Shown here one piece after another: positions 1-10,238 of a DNA stretch of 64,000 nt. Made by a program: the position numbers and the translations under genes. Each line of letters opens with the position of its first letter. Position 1 is the first letter of the stretch. Where the stretch lies: positions 12,742-76,741 of the forward strand of contig CAKZTD010000023.1 in assembly GCA_937921595.1 (NCBI GenBank), written 5' to 3'. The notes beneath the pieces were generated by a model that did no database searches, had not been told where the DNA came from, and saw only the letters and a program-made list of their open reading frames with translations. This stretch comes from an uncultured Saprospiraceae bacterium (GTDB taxonomy: Bacteria > Bacteroidota > Bacteroidia > Chitinophagales > Saprospiraceae).

Positions 1-1
1 T

Positions 2-745
2 AAAAAAGACAAGCCCACTGATCAAACAAATACGGATAAACCTTCCGTCGAAGTTCAAAAACCTTTTACTGCTGTTCTCGATTCTTTACTCAAACAAGGA
101 GGTGGCCCTTGCGAATCAGACTTCGATTGTATGAAGATAAGAGCAGTCTGGCCAGTCGTTCAACATGGAGATAAAAAGATTAGAAAAATCATAAATGATT
201 CTATCGCAACTTACGTCATCAACCATGTAGATTATATTCAAGAAAATGACAAGGCAAACTTAAGTGCCGCGATGGATAGTTTTATTATGTCTTATGCCAG
301 AGAATATAAAGAAACAGAAGGCAATGGTCTCGGATGGGCATTAGATGTTGAAGGTAAAATCGAATTCAATGAAGATATTGCCAATTTGACGCTTTTCAAT
401 TATTCATTTATGGGAGGCGCTCACCCTAATTACTTCACGCAATATTCGAATTTCGATCTTAAAACTGGAGCACAAATAGTCTATGAAGACATCATAAAAG
501 ATGATACAGCTTTTAAAAATATTATTCAAAAAGCTTTTTATAAAACACTTATTGAAAGAACAGGTGATGAATCAGCTGCTGATACATTTATACCGGAAGA
601 AGGATTGCCATTAGCTGAGAATTTTAAAATCACTAAGGACACGATTGAGTTATTATACAACACCTACGAGGTCACTCCTTACGTCATGGGAGATATTCCG
701 ATTAAAATTCCAATGTCAGCACTTAAAGGAATTGTCGAGTTATAG
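2..745 (+). CDS. DUF4163/DUF3298-type protein; 5' end probably lies outside the window
   Basis: The frame is open from nt 2 with no stop before the ATG at 131 used by the ORF track. The upstream peptide is a K/D/T/P-rich linker. FMGGAHPNY is typical of DUF3298. Confidence 0.6.
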   Translation, partial: KKDKPTDQTNTDKPSVEVQKPFTAVLDSLLKQGGGPCESDFDCMKIRAVWPVVQHGDKKIRKIINDSIATYVINHVDYIQENDKANLSAAMDSFIMSYAREYKETEGNGLGWALDVEGKIEFNEDIANLTLFNYSFMGGAHPNYFTQYSNFDLKTGAQIVYEDIIKDDTAFKNIIQKAFYKTLIERTGDESAADTFIPEEGLPLAENFKITKDTIELLYNTYEVTPYVMGDIPIKIPMSALKGIVEL

Positions 746-822
746 GACATGAAATTATCCACTTTTTGACAATGCTAAAAAAAAGAATATCTTAGCAAAG
801 AACTTTAGAAAACAACAACATA

Positions 823-1722
823 ATGAAAATCAATTTTATCTTATTCACAAGCATTTTGTTTTCCCTCAATCTTAGTGCTCAATTACTTCCTAATACCAAT
901 ATGCTTCTTTTTGATTTTAATCAAAAAAGCGATAGTATTTTTGAATTTAAAAATCCATCATTTCTGACTGACTTCAATAAAAATGGTTACAACAATCAAC
1001 CATATTTCATGTCAGATAATGAATTATACCTTACGGTTCAGTTTCCAAATGATACGACTCAAACCGATATCTATTCTCTTGATTTAAAAAATAAAAAAAT
1101 TACTCAAGTCACTTCGACTATTGAAAGTGAATACTCTCCAACTTTTATCCCACCGGCTGGACGTGCTAATGATTTTGAATTTAGTTGTGTACGAGTGGAG
1201 ACAAATGGAGATCAAAGGTTATGGCGTTTTCCGCTCAATCGGAGATCGACCGGAAGCCCTGTTTTTAAAGGCATTAAAAATATTGGTTATCACTTTTGGG
1301 TGGATTATAGAGATTTAATTTTGTTTGGTGTTGGAACACCTCATAAAATGTTAGTCGCTGATTCAAGAGATGAGTCTGCAAGATTTATCACCAGTAATAT
1401 TGGTCGTTGCTTTCAAGAATTACCTAGTGGTGAAGTTGCTTATGTTGAGCAAATTTCAGAAGATTCTTGGTTATTAAAAAAATTAGATGCCCGAACTTAT
1501 AGATCTAGTTTAATTACGGCAGGTTTTCCAGGAAGCGAAGATTTCACAATATTGAAGGACGGTACAATCATCATGGCTCAGGGTACTCGACTTTATAAAT
1601 TCAATCAAAGAAGAGATGTCGGTTGGTTGGAAATCGCAGACCTAAGTTATTATGGAATGAAGAATATTACAAGAATTGCGGTGAATGCTCCAGAAAATAA
1701 ACTTGTGATTGTTATCGACTAA
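823..1722 (+). CDS. secreted hypothetical protein (possibly beta-propeller-like)
   Basis: Signal peptide MKINFILFTSILFSLNLSAQ. Clean 299-aa ORF with no catalytic motif recognised. Confidence 0.6.
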   Translation: MKINFILFTSILFSLNLSAQLLPNTNMLLFDFNQKSDSIFEFKNPSFLTDFNKNGYNNQPYFMSDNELYLTVQFPNDTTQTDIYSLDLKNKKITQVTSTIESEYSPTFIPPAGRANDFEFSCVRVETNGDQRLWRFPLNRRSTGSPVFKGIKNIGYHFWVDYRDLILFGVGTPHKMLVADSRDESARFITSNIGRCFQELPSGEVAYVEQISEDSWLLKKLDARTYRSSLITAGFPGSEDFTILKDGTIIMAQGTRLYKFNQRRDVGWLEIADLSYYGMKNITRIAVNAPENKLVIVID

Positions 1723-1770
1723 GTACAGGAATGAGGAATAAAATTTTTAATGTAAAAAAACACCTTCATC

Positions 1771-3393
1771 ATGAAAAAATTAGGCTTTTGGTTTTTTGCT
1801 TTTGTCCTTATCAGTGCATGTAACTCTGCTGAGAAACCTGCTGAGAAAAAAGAGACATGGACGCCGGGTCAGACAAAAATTGAAAACGGTCTCATCGAAG
1901 GTATCGTTGATGAACAATCCGGACTTCAAATTTTCAAAGGTATTCCTTTTGCGAAACCACCTGTTGGCGAATTACGATGGAAAGCTCCACAACCTGCGGA
2001 TAACTGGGAAGGTGTAAAAATGACAAAAGAGTTTGGCAATAGCTCAACTCAAGCAAAAATTTGGGACGACCTTATTCCAAGAGCTCCGGCGACTGGAGAA
2101 GATTGTCTTTATCTAAATGTCTGGACTCCTGCTACAGCAGAAACAAAAGATCTCCCAGTTTTGGTTTATTTCTTTGGTGGCGGTTTTATGGCAGGTGATG
2201 GATCAGAAGCTCGTTATGATGGAGCAAGTATGGCACAAAAAGGAATTGTTTCTGTCACCATCAATTATCGATTAAATGTTTTTGGCTTTATGGCTCATCC
2301 TGAGTTAAGTGCCGAAGCACCTTATAAAGCATCTGGCAACTACGGTTTACTAGATCAAAATGCTGCCCTACAATGGGTTCAAAAAAACATCGCTGCCTTT
2401 GGTGGCGATCCTAAAAAAGTAACCATTGCAGGTGAGTCCGCTGGTTCTTTTTCCGTAAGTATGCAAATGGCTTCTCCCCTTTCCAAAGATTTGATCGCTG
2501 GTGCAATTGGAGAAAGTGGCGCTGCAATTTCTGTTCCTGCGACTTTGGAAGAAGCGGAAAAAATAGGACTAGATTTTGCCAAAGAAATGGGCGATCTATC
2601 TTTAGCAGAACTAAGGGCTTTACCTACAGAAAAAATCTATGAAGCTTATCAAGCCATGAATGGTTTTAGATTTCCGACAGTACAAGACGGATATTTTTAT
2701 CCAAAATCATTACCTGAAATTTTTGAAGCAAAACAACAGGCTCAAGTTCCGCTTTTACTCGGCTGGACTTCTGCTGAAATGCCAGGAGCTGCTTTTATGG
2801 GTGGAATGGATTTTAGCGAAAAGAAATATATTCAAAAAGTAAAAGAAGCATATCCAGATAATGCGAATGAAGTTTTAAAACTTTACCCTCATGGTTCAGA
2901 AGAAGAAATCATAGCCTCTTCTACCGCATTAGGATCTGATCGTTTCATAGGCTACGGTACTTGGAAATGGTTTGACCTTCATCGTAAAAATAGTACCCAA
3001 CCGGTGTACCGATATTTGTTTAGCAAACTTCGTCCACACCTGAGATCAGTTGCGGACACCCTTGCTGCTGATGCGCCGAAAACGCCTCCAGCTCTTGGAG
3101 CACCTCATGCTTCTGATATCGAATATTGTTTGGGTAATCTTGACCTTAGAAAAGATTATTGGGCATGGACTCCGGATGATTATAAAACTGCAGAAACCTT
3201 TCAAGGCTTTTTAGCTAATTTTATAAAAACTGGAAATCCTAACGGTACAGGACTCCCTGATTGGCCTGCTGCCAAAGCGGATGATCCAAATCCTCCATAT
3301 ATGAATATTGATACGAATTCAAAAACAGAATTAGCGAAACACGATGATCGCTATTTGCTTCTAGATAAAGTGAAAGGATTTACAAAATTATAA
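1771..3393 (+). CDS. type-B carboxylesterase/lipase family lipoprotein
   Basis: EDCLYLNVW motif, GGGF oxyanion-hole region and GESAGS nucleophile elbow. Lipobox-like LISAC near the N-terminus. Confidence 0.9.
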   Translation: MKKLGFWFFAFVLISACNSAEKPAEKKETWTPGQTKIENGLIEGIVDEQSGLQIFKGIPFAKPPVGELRWKAPQPADNWEGVKMTKEFGNSSTQAKIWDDLIPRAPATGEDCLYLNVWTPATAETKDLPVLVYFFGGGFMAGDGSEARYDGASMAQKGIVSVTINYRLNVFGFMAHPELSAEAPYKASGNYGLLDQNAALQWVQKNIAAFGGDPKKVTIAGESAGSFSVSMQMASPLSKDLIAGAIGESGAAISVPATLEEAEKIGLDFAKEMGDLSLAELRALPTEKIYEAYQAMNGFRFPTVQDGYFYPKSLPEIFEAKQQAQVPLLLGWTSAEMPGAAFMGGMDFSEKKYIQKVKEAYPDNANEVLKLYPHGSEEEIIASSTALGSDRFIGYGTWKWFDLHRKNSTQPVYRYLFSKLRPHLRSVADTLAADAPKTPPALGAPHASDIEYCLGNLDLRKDYWAWTPDDYKTAETFQGFLANFIKTGNPNGTGLPDWPAAKADDPNPPYMNIDTNSKTELAKHDDRYLLLDKVKGFTKL

Positions 3394-3406
3394 TTTTATC
3401 GTTTTC

Positions 3407-3449
3407 AGATAACAGGCATTTAAACATAAAGTTTAAATGCCTGTTATCT
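3407..3449 (+). terminator. rho-independent terminator after the esterase gene
   Basis: Perfect 19-bp stem (agataacaggcatttaaac / gtttaaatgcctgttatct) with a 5-nt loop, followed by a T-rich tail. Confidence 0.8.
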
Positions 3450-3467
3450 TTTATAAAAAACAGATTA

Positions 3468-4076
3468 ATGAAAAATATTTTCCTATTCTTTATCCTATGT
3501 TTACCATTTTTAGGCTTTGCGCAAAAGTCTTATAAAAAATCTATTCGCGAACATAGAAAAGAATATAAGTCTGACTTTTTAAAATCGGAACGCTCTCCTT
3601 TTTATAATAAAAAAGCGGATTTAAAATTCATCCGATTTTTCAGACCTAAAAAAAGATATAAGGTCGAAGCGACTTTTGAAGCAACACCTGATGAGAAGGT
3701 TTTTGAAATGGCTACTTATAGTGGCATGGTCAAACCTTATAGAAAGTATGGCGTTCTGAAATTCAAATTAAATGGCAAAGAACAACAGCTAGCCGTTTAT
3801 CAAAGTATGAAAATGATTAACGTTCCTGGCTATAAAAATTATCTATTTTTACCTTTTAAAGATTTGACCAATGACCGAAAAACTTATGGCGGCGGTCGAT
3901 ATATCAATCTAAAAAGCAGTGAAATTAAAGATGGAAAAATGATGCTGGATTTCAATAAAAACTATAATCCATATTGCGCATTTTCCGATGGTTACAATTG
4001 TCCGATTCCTCCGGGTGAAAATCATTTAGAAGTTGCAATCAAAGCTGGTGAACGTAAATTTGCAAAAGCACATTAA
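3468..4076 (+). CDS. DUF1684 domain protein
   Basis: Signal peptide. C-terminal YNPYCAFSDGYNCPIPPGENHL motif is characteristic of DUF1684. Confidence 0.8.
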   Translation: MKNIFLFFILCLPFLGFAQKSYKKSIREHRKEYKSDFLKSERSPFYNKKADLKFIRFFRPKKRYKVEATFEATPDEKVFEMATYSGMVKPYRKYGVLKFKLNGKEQQLAVYQSMKMINVPGYKNYLFLPFKDLTNDRKTYGGGRYINLKSSEIKDGKMMLDFNKNYNPYCAFSDGYNCPIPPGENHLEVAIKAGERKFAKAH

Positions 4077-4117
4077 GAGATGAGAAGTCTTCACTCCTCA
4101 CCTCTCACTCTTTACCT

Positions 4118-5338
4118 CTAATTTCCTTCTTTCATTTTCATCTTCACACTCAGATCCATTGCAGCTTTTGCACTCATCAAATCCATGAACTCTAAGCCAG
4201 CATTCCCTGTGCTACTCGCTCCAGTTTGGAACTGAGGAACTAGGTCACCTTTATAATGCATAAAAGCTTCTGCCCACATTTTCTGAACCTCCCGGTACGT
4301 TTCCAGTTTTTTATCTAAGGCACCATCTGCCTTCATCATCCGATCTTTTGCATAAGCCTCTGCATCTGCTAAAGCTTTGATTTTTTGAGCTTCCAATCGA
4401 GCTCCATCCAAAGCAATTTTTTGCTTCTCCTTATCTTTGATCGCCAGTTTAACCTGCGTCTCTGCTTGTACAACTTTCTGCGTTTGGTTTTGTTTTTCCT
4501 CATACTCAATCTCTACCAATCGTCTTCGACCTTCCGCTTCTGCCGTCATCGCTTCCTGCTGAGCAGTCACTAAATTTTGCTTAGAAACAGACTCTCGGGT
4601 ACTTGCCTCAATCTTCTTTTTCAACTTCTCATCCACCTGAGACTCGTAGTCTACATTTTCTATGGTAGCACTTGCGATATGAATTCCAAACCTTTTAAGG
4701 TCAGAATCTTTTCGTTCTTTAGTACCATCTTTGCTAACTCGAATTTTGCTTTCATAAATACGCTTCATTTCTCCGGTCAAGGTATCTCTTGCAAAAGATT
4801 CCTGTGTATCCAAAATAAATAATCCGTATTCCAATTGATCTTGAAAAAACTGAGACAGTTGTGCTCGACCTCCGGAATAGTGTTGCTCACTATCCATCAA
4901 TTGCGCAGAGTTTTTCAAACACTCAATTGTGTAAGGTGCCAAACCTTTTAATGACAAATACTCTTTGTTGATGTACTCCGAGTGTAGCATCATCATATCA
5001 GGCTCACTCGGAGGAAGCCTAAACCGAACGACCGTTTGAGCTCTAGCTTCTGTCGCATCATTGAATCGAATCAAGATCGATTTGCTTTCAATCATTGCAC
5101 CCATTCCTTCTCCTCTATGACTGATGGTGATTACATTCGGATAAGTCGTAATTTTCGATCCAGGGAATTTCATATAAACTCCATTTTCAAAAATCACATA
5201 TTTTTTGCCCGTTGGAGTCTCGACAACTTCTCGATATCCCAAATCATTATACCCAAATGGATTCAATGCCACCAATAAAATCAATACAACGAAAGTTATA
5301 ATTCCACCAAATAATAATTTTCCATTTAGCCTTTTCAT
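4118..5338 (-). CDS. SPFH/band-7-like membrane protein with long coiled coil
   Basis: N-terminal TM helix, then a long charged heptad-like region (QQEAMTAEAEGRRRLVEIEYEEKQNQ...). ATG confirmed at 5338. Confidence 0.6.
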   Translation of the reverse strand: MKRLNGKLLFGGIITFVVLILLVALNPFGYNDLGYREVVETPTGKKYVIFENGVYMKFPGSKITTYPNVITISHRGEGMGAMIESKSILIRFNDATEARAQTVVRFRLPPSEPDMMMLHSEYINKEYLSLKGLAPYTIECLKNSAQLMDSEQHYSGGRAQLSQFFQDQLEYGLFILDTQESFARDTLTGEMKRIYESKIRVSKDGTKERKDSDLKRFGIHIASATIENVDYESQVDEKLKKKIEASTRESVSKQNLVTAQQEAMTAEAEGRRRLVEIEYEEKQNQTQKVVQAETQVKLAIKDKEKQKIALDGARLEAQKIKALADAEAYAKDRMMKADGALDKKLETYREVQKMWAEAFMHYKGDLVPQFQTGASSTGNAGLEFMDLMSAKAAMDLSVKMKMKEGN

Positions 5339-5613
5339 AATTTTGTAATTTTGTGGCTTTACGCCTGTTAATAAATGAAGAAATAGAAGTCGTTTAAAAC
5401 TCCTATAAAAAAGACCTCGAGATGTATTACGCGTCTATATAGAATAGAAAGATTTCAGATTGCAATCCATTTTCATAGACTTTCGTAGGAAGAAATTCGA
5501 TAAATGAATAATTTTGATTAGGCTTTAAAAAACTTGAGTATCCAAAAATTTATTATTGGTTCAAAATGAATTTATTTGGTTTATAATAATTATCAAATCA
5601 AAATTTAATTCTA

Positions 5614-5730
5614 AATCAAAATCAAAATGGGATTAGTTTTTCAATTAAAAAATTTGCCGAATTTAGTTTACATTTTTTTGTTTCCCCCTAACCTTAAAAG
5701 CTATCTTGGCACAAAATTTTGATTTTGATT
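5614..5730. promoter_or_regulatory. inverted pair of the AATCAAAATCAAAAT motif upstream of the BtuF-like gene
   Basis: aatcaaaatcaaaatggg (5614-5631) and aaattttgattttgatt (5714-5730) flank 82 bp. The right arm ends 50 nt before the ATG at 5781. Confidence 0.5.
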
Positions 5731-5780
5731 CTCATTTTAATTTGATTTTCTAAACCTTGACCTCTTGAAAAATAAAACTC

Positions 5781-6581
5781 ATGGCCAATAAAACTTTCAC
5801 TGATCAAATGTCCCAAGAATGGACCATCGATTTTCCACCAAAGCGAATCATTTCTTTGGTCCCTTCACAAACAGAACTATTACACTATCTCGGTTTGGAA
5901 GAAGAAGTAATTGGGATTACCAAGTTCTGTGTTCATCCAGAAGAATGGTTTCGATCGAAAAAAAGAGTCGGTGGAACGAAGACTGCTAATTTGGAAAAGA
6001 TAGCTGAACTAAAACCTGATTTGATCATTGGCAACAAAGAAGAAAATCAAAAAGAGCAGATAGAGGCACTTTCTGAAAAGTATCCCGTTTGGATGAGTGA
6101 TATAAAAACACTGGAAGATGCCTTTGAAATGATCGAAAAGATCGGGATCCTGACTAATCGAACTAAAAAGGCTACCGAATTATCCAACGTATTGAGACAA
6201 AAATTCGTTAACTTATCTGAAGGGCAGGTTGGAAAAGCTAATTTGAAGGTTGCCTATTTTATTTGGAAAGATCCTTATATGGTTGCTGGCGGAGGTACTT
6301 TTATCCATGAAATACTAAAAAATTGTGGTTTTCTAAATGTCTACGGCGATGTGGATCGATATCCTGAAATTCAATTAGAAAATTTAAAAACTGAAAAACC
6401 AGACCTAATTTTTCTTTCATCAGAGCCCTACCCTTTTAAAGAAAAGCATTTTGATGTCTTTGAGAAAGCTTGTCCAGATGCAAAAATATTAGTTGTCGAT
6501 GGTGAAATGTTTAGTTGGTATGGAAGTCGCTTATTGGATAGTATTGGATATTTCGAAGCATTATATACCCGAATTGGGTAA
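5781..6581 (+). CDS. periplasmic-binding-protein fold (BtuF/cobalamin-siderophore binding-like) protein
   Basis: The size and the pattern RIISLVPSQTELL...GITKFC...KPDLIIGNKEEN...PDLIFLSSEPYPF match class III substrate-binding proteins. No signal peptide. Confidence 0.6.
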   Translation: MANKTFTDQMSQEWTIDFPPKRIISLVPSQTELLHYLGLEEEVIGITKFCVHPEEWFRSKKRVGGTKTANLEKIAELKPDLIIGNKEENQKEQIEALSEKYPVWMSDIKTLEDAFEMIEKIGILTNRTKKATELSNVLRQKFVNLSEGQVGKANLKVAYFIWKDPYMVAGGGTFIHEILKNCGFLNVYGDVDRYPEIQLENLKTEKPDLIFLSSEPYPFKEKHFDVFEKACPDAKILVVDGEMFSWYGSRLLDSIGYFEALYTRIG

Positions 6582-6731
6582 ATTGCGTTTTAATATTGTG
6601 TGGAAAGGTTTGAGATACGCGACCTCGACTTCGATTGATCTGACAGTATCCTCAAAGTAAAGGTATTTCAAATGCTGTTCGAAAAACTTCTTTCTTGACC
6701 ACTTAGCTACTTGACCATTAAAATAATTGTT

Positions 6732-8318
6732 ATGAATATAAAGCTTACTTTTTTGATTATCGGAATAATGATGAGTTTTCAAATTGTTGCTCAGCGAGCT
6801 AGTGATCTGATTTCTGGAGAATTGGTGATTCAATTTCAATCGGAGGCTGCGTTTCAAGAATTTTCAAAACAAAGTCCCACAGAAATTTCTTTTGTAAAAA
6901 GTGTATCCAAAAACCTACAGGTTTATCTTTTCAAATATGATCCGACTGTTTTAAATATCGATCGCCTTTCTGCGCAATTAAATCAAAATCCATTGGTGCG
7001 TGCCGCTGGACAAAATTTCCAAGCACATAAAAGAACAACCATTCCTAATGATCAATTTTTTAATAATCAGGAAAGCTTCGATTTAATTCAAGCTCCGGAA
7101 GCTTGGGATATCAATACAAGTGCTCCAGAAGATATGGTCATTGCTGTGATTGAAGGAGCAGATATAAATCATGAAGATCTTAAAGATAATATTTGGACTA
7201 ATCCAGGTGAGATAGAAGACGACGGAATTGACAATGATAATAACGGCTATATTGATGATTATTTTGGAGTCAATATCGTAGACTCTTCAGACACACCAAT
7301 TGTTGATGATCATGGAACAAGTGTCGCTGGTGTAATTGGTGCTAGAGGAGATAACGGAATCGGTGTTGCTGGTATGCTTTGGGATGTAAAAATGATGATT
7401 GTCAGTTCTAATCTTACCTATGTTCAGATCATCGAGTCTTATGACTATGTATACGAAATGCGTAAAAAATATAATGAGACCAATGGTGAAGAAGGTGCAA
7501 AAATTGTGGTCACTAATTCTTCTTTTGGAGTGGACAATGCTTACCCGGATTCTCATCCTCTTTTTAATACCTGGTGCGAGGCTTATGACTTGATGGGAAG
7601 CGTCGGTATATTATCCGCTGCTGCTGTTACAAATAACAAACTAGACATTGGTGCTTTGGGAGACATGCCTGGTACTTGTCCAAGTGATTTCTTACTTACC
7701 GTTACAGAAACTAATCTTGATGATGAATTGAAAGCAGGCTTCAGCGTTGTCCATGTGGATTTGTCTGCGCCTGGTAGATCTTACACCACAGACCTCAACA
7801 ATACTTACAGTATTTTCAGAGGAACCTCTGCAGCTACACCTGTTGTGAGTGGAGCCGTTGCGATGATGTACGCCTACCCCTGCGAAGGATTTCAAGAACA
7901 AATTACTACACAACCAGAATCAACTGTTTTGCAACTAAAAGAGATCATCCTCCAATCTGTTGATCCGATTGAAGAAATGAATGGAGTATCAGTAAGTGGA
8001 GGACGACTCAATGTATTTAATGCCATGCAATCTTTACAAGAAGTCTTCGGTGCACCAAAAGGAAGCCTAAGTTTCACCTCAGTTTATCCAAATCCTGTAC
8101 AAGAAACACTTTTTGTTCGATACCAAACTTCAGAGATTTCGGATTATGATCTCAAGGTTTATGATTCTATTGGTCGATTGGTTTATTATGAAAAAATCCC
8201 TAAAGTTTGTTCCAAGCAAGAGATTGAAATTACCACTGCCGATTTTGCTCCAGGCATATATTTTATGTCTTTAGAAAATGTGAACAATATTGAATCGACA
8301 AGGTTTATGGTTTATTAA
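6732..8318 (+). CDS. subtilisin-like S8 peptidase with T9SS C-terminal sorting domain
   Basis: His motif DDHGTSVAGVIGA and Ser motif GTSAATPVVSGAVAMM. C-terminal SVYPNPVQETLFV...GIYFMSL... is CTD-like. Signal peptide MNIKLTFLIIGIMMSFQIVAQ starts at the ATG at 6732, 21 nt inside the ORF-track start. Confidence 0.85.
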   Translation: MNIKLTFLIIGIMMSFQIVAQRASDLISGELVIQFQSEAAFQEFSKQSPTEISFVKSVSKNLQVYLFKYDPTVLNIDRLSAQLNQNPLVRAAGQNFQAHKRTTIPNDQFFNNQESFDLIQAPEAWDINTSAPEDMVIAVIEGADINHEDLKDNIWTNPGEIEDDGIDNDNNGYIDDYFGVNIVDSSDTPIVDDHGTSVAGVIGARGDNGIGVAGMLWDVKMMIVSSNLTYVQIIESYDYVYEMRKKYNETNGEEGAKIVVTNSSFGVDNAYPDSHPLFNTWCEAYDLMGSVGILSAAAVTNNKLDIGALGDMPGTCPSDFLLTVTETNLDDELKAGFSVVHVDLSAPGRSYTTDLNNTYSIFRGTSAATPVVSGAVAMMYAYPCEGFQEQITTQPESTVLQLKEIILQSVDPIEEMNGVSVSGGRLNVFNAMQSLQEVFGAPKGSLSFTSVYPNPVQETLFVRYQTSEISDYDLKVYDSIGRLVYYEKIPKVCSKQEIEITTADFAPGIYFMSLENVNNIESTRFMVY

Positions 8319-8486
8319 AAACTTATGCGAATCAGGTTTAAAATATTCTTAGTTTTAAATTTGCTCGAAGCCAAGAAAAAATGGTATTAGATCTTAGGTT
8401 CTTTACTCAGATTAAAACTAAGTTCTTAGATATCATCTTAACACCTCTAAAATCTGATTCGTCTAACTTGTTTATAATTATAAAAT

Positions 8487-8523
8487 AAAAAAGGCAACAT
8501 CACAATGTGATGTTGCCTTTTTT
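8487..8523. terminator. bidirectional terminator between convergent genes
   Basis: aaaaaaggcaacatcaca / tgtgatgttgcctttttt palindrome flanked by A- and T-runs. Confidence 0.75.
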
Positions 8524-8630
8524 GTATTCAAAATATATAGCTAAGGATAAATTTTCAATAAACCACCTGCCTTTCAAATACTCCAAATATTTTCGGACAG
8601 GTGGTTGCTTTTAGGGGTAGATGTAATAAT

Positions 8631-10238
8631 TTATTTTTGATCGATTACTACAATTTTTTCTGTTTCTATTTGGTCACCAATCTGAGTGACTATAAAGTAT
8701 ACCTCATGCTGAGGTAAATCAAATTTTTGTTCCCAATATGGCTGAACTTCTTCTTTAGAAAAACGCTCCTCCCAAATCATCGAACCAGTACTATCAAATA
8801 ATTTAATATTTGCACGTTTTCCATTTGGATTGTGAAGACTTAAAGTGAACTTACCATTACTTGGGTTTGGAAATATCTGAAGATTGTGCTCCATTACATT
8901 TTCCATCAAAACCGTTTTTACATCTGAATAATCATATTTGCCATTAAGATCAATTTGCTTTAAACGGTAATAATTATGACCAGGAAGCGGACGTTCATCA
9001 GTAAAAGCATAATTTTGAATTTCTACAGAATTGCCATTGATTGTTCTTTCGAAACCGATATTATTCCAATCACTTCCATTTGAACTACGTTGGATTTCGA
9101 ACCCTGTGTTATCAGTTTCAGATGCAGTTGCCCAATTTAAATTTACTTTTTGATCAACTGGAGAAACAGTAAAATTTAACCATTCTACTGGTAAAGCTTC
9201 TAAAAAAGCTCCAGCTGCACAAACCAATGCTTCTCCTAAATCACAAGTACCACATCCTGCTGGACAATCAAGCTCTCCGCAAACACTATTGTCTGCATTA
9301 TCATCGATACCTCCTACATCTGAAGTACTATTACATTCAGCAATAACTGGATTTCCAGAAGGAGAAGATACCGCTGCTAAGCTCAATGTTGATAAAGCTA
9401 GATCACAATTGGCAAAACCTAAATCATCAAGAGGTACAAAAAAGGTATAAAAAACAGGCTCTGCTCCATTTGGACAATTACTATCTGTACCACAGGCCAT
9501 AGCCACATGAGAATTATCAGCTAAGTCATAGCTATTTTCTGGCATTACGTTATTGCCATTGATAAACCCATCAATATCATAAACATTAACTCCGGCTGAT
9601 CCTCCTCCAGTGGATAATTGAATTTCTTTTTCAAATCCAGGATTAATTGCATTATTACAACACTGTATTCCATCTGGATCAAACTCCCCAAGCAATTCAT
9701 CATTGTTGACTAGTACTTCGAAAGAGAAAGTTCCACTGGATACATCAGCTACTCTTATTCTAAAAACAATATTCAAATCATCAGTAGTACTACAGTCACC
9801 ATCAGTATCTATTATCGTATAATAAGCATGATCCTGCCCTCCGTCATCATCAGAAACGATATCAGTATTACCACAATTACCTGCAGTTCTAGTATCACTA
9901 TCTGGTTCATCCGTTGAGCCAGCAAATTTTTTCCAGCCTACTTCACAGTCACAACTATTGCCACCTACTAGTTCTTCAAATTCAGATAACTCTGTTGTAC
10001 CTGAAGAAAATTTAACTCCTGTTTTTGAAATAAAACCATCAAGATTTGGATCTAGTAAAGCAGGGTTTCCTAAGGAATTAGGGCCTGATTGGATAATAGC
10101 AGCTGTTCCATCACACTGACCATGTAGATTTGGTGTAAAACTAAAAGAACTACATAATAAAATAATAAGGAAAAATTTAAAAGAGGATAAGTTATGCTTA
10201 CGCGAATGCGCAGCACGTTTTGTAAACGTTGTGTTCAT
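8631..10238 (-). CDS. secreted protein with FN3-like module and T9SS C-terminal sorting domain
   Basis: Signal peptide. Cys/Asp-rich N-terminal part. VEWLNFTVSP...LNWATASETDNTGFEIQRSSNG module. C-terminal LQIFPNPSNGKFTLSL...VYFIVT is a CTD. Confidence 0.8.
   Translation of the reverse strand: MNTTFTKRAAHSRKHNLSSFKFFLIILLCSSFSFTPNLHGQCDGTAAIIQSGPNSLGNPALLDPNLDGFISKTGVKFSSGTTELSEFEELVGGNSCDCEVGWKKFAGSTDEPDSDTRTAGNCGNTDIVSDDDGGQDHAYYTIIDTDGDCSTTDDLNIVFRIRVADVSSGTFSFEVLVNNDELLGEFDPDGIQCCNNAINPGFEKEIQLSTGGGSAGVNVYDIDGFINGNNVMPENSYDLADNSHVAMACGTDSNCPNGAEPVFYTFFVPLDDLGFANCDLALSTLSLAAVSSPSGNPVIAECNSTSDVGGIDDNADNSVCGELDCPAGCGTCDLGEALVCAAGAFLEALPVEWLNFTVSPVDQKVNLNWATASETDNTGFEIQRSSNGSDWNNIGFERTINGNSVEIQNYAFTDERPLPGHNYYRLKQIDLNGKYDYSDVKTVLMENVMEHNLQIFPNPSNGKFTLSLHNPNGKRANIKLFDSTGSMIWEERFSKEEVQPYWEQKFDLPQHEVYFIVTQIGDQIETEKIVVIDQK

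Noticed and set aside
5339-5780. A cobalamin riboswitch upstream of the BtuF-like binding-protein gene
   Set aside because: The 442-bp leader is extremely AT-rich. It lacks anything resembling the GC-rich B12 box or conserved core helices.
6561-6857. A 98-aa minus-strand ORF bridging the ends of two plus-strand genes
   Set aside because: It overlaps the 3' end of the binding-protein gene and the signal-peptide region of the S8 gene. It shows no motifs.
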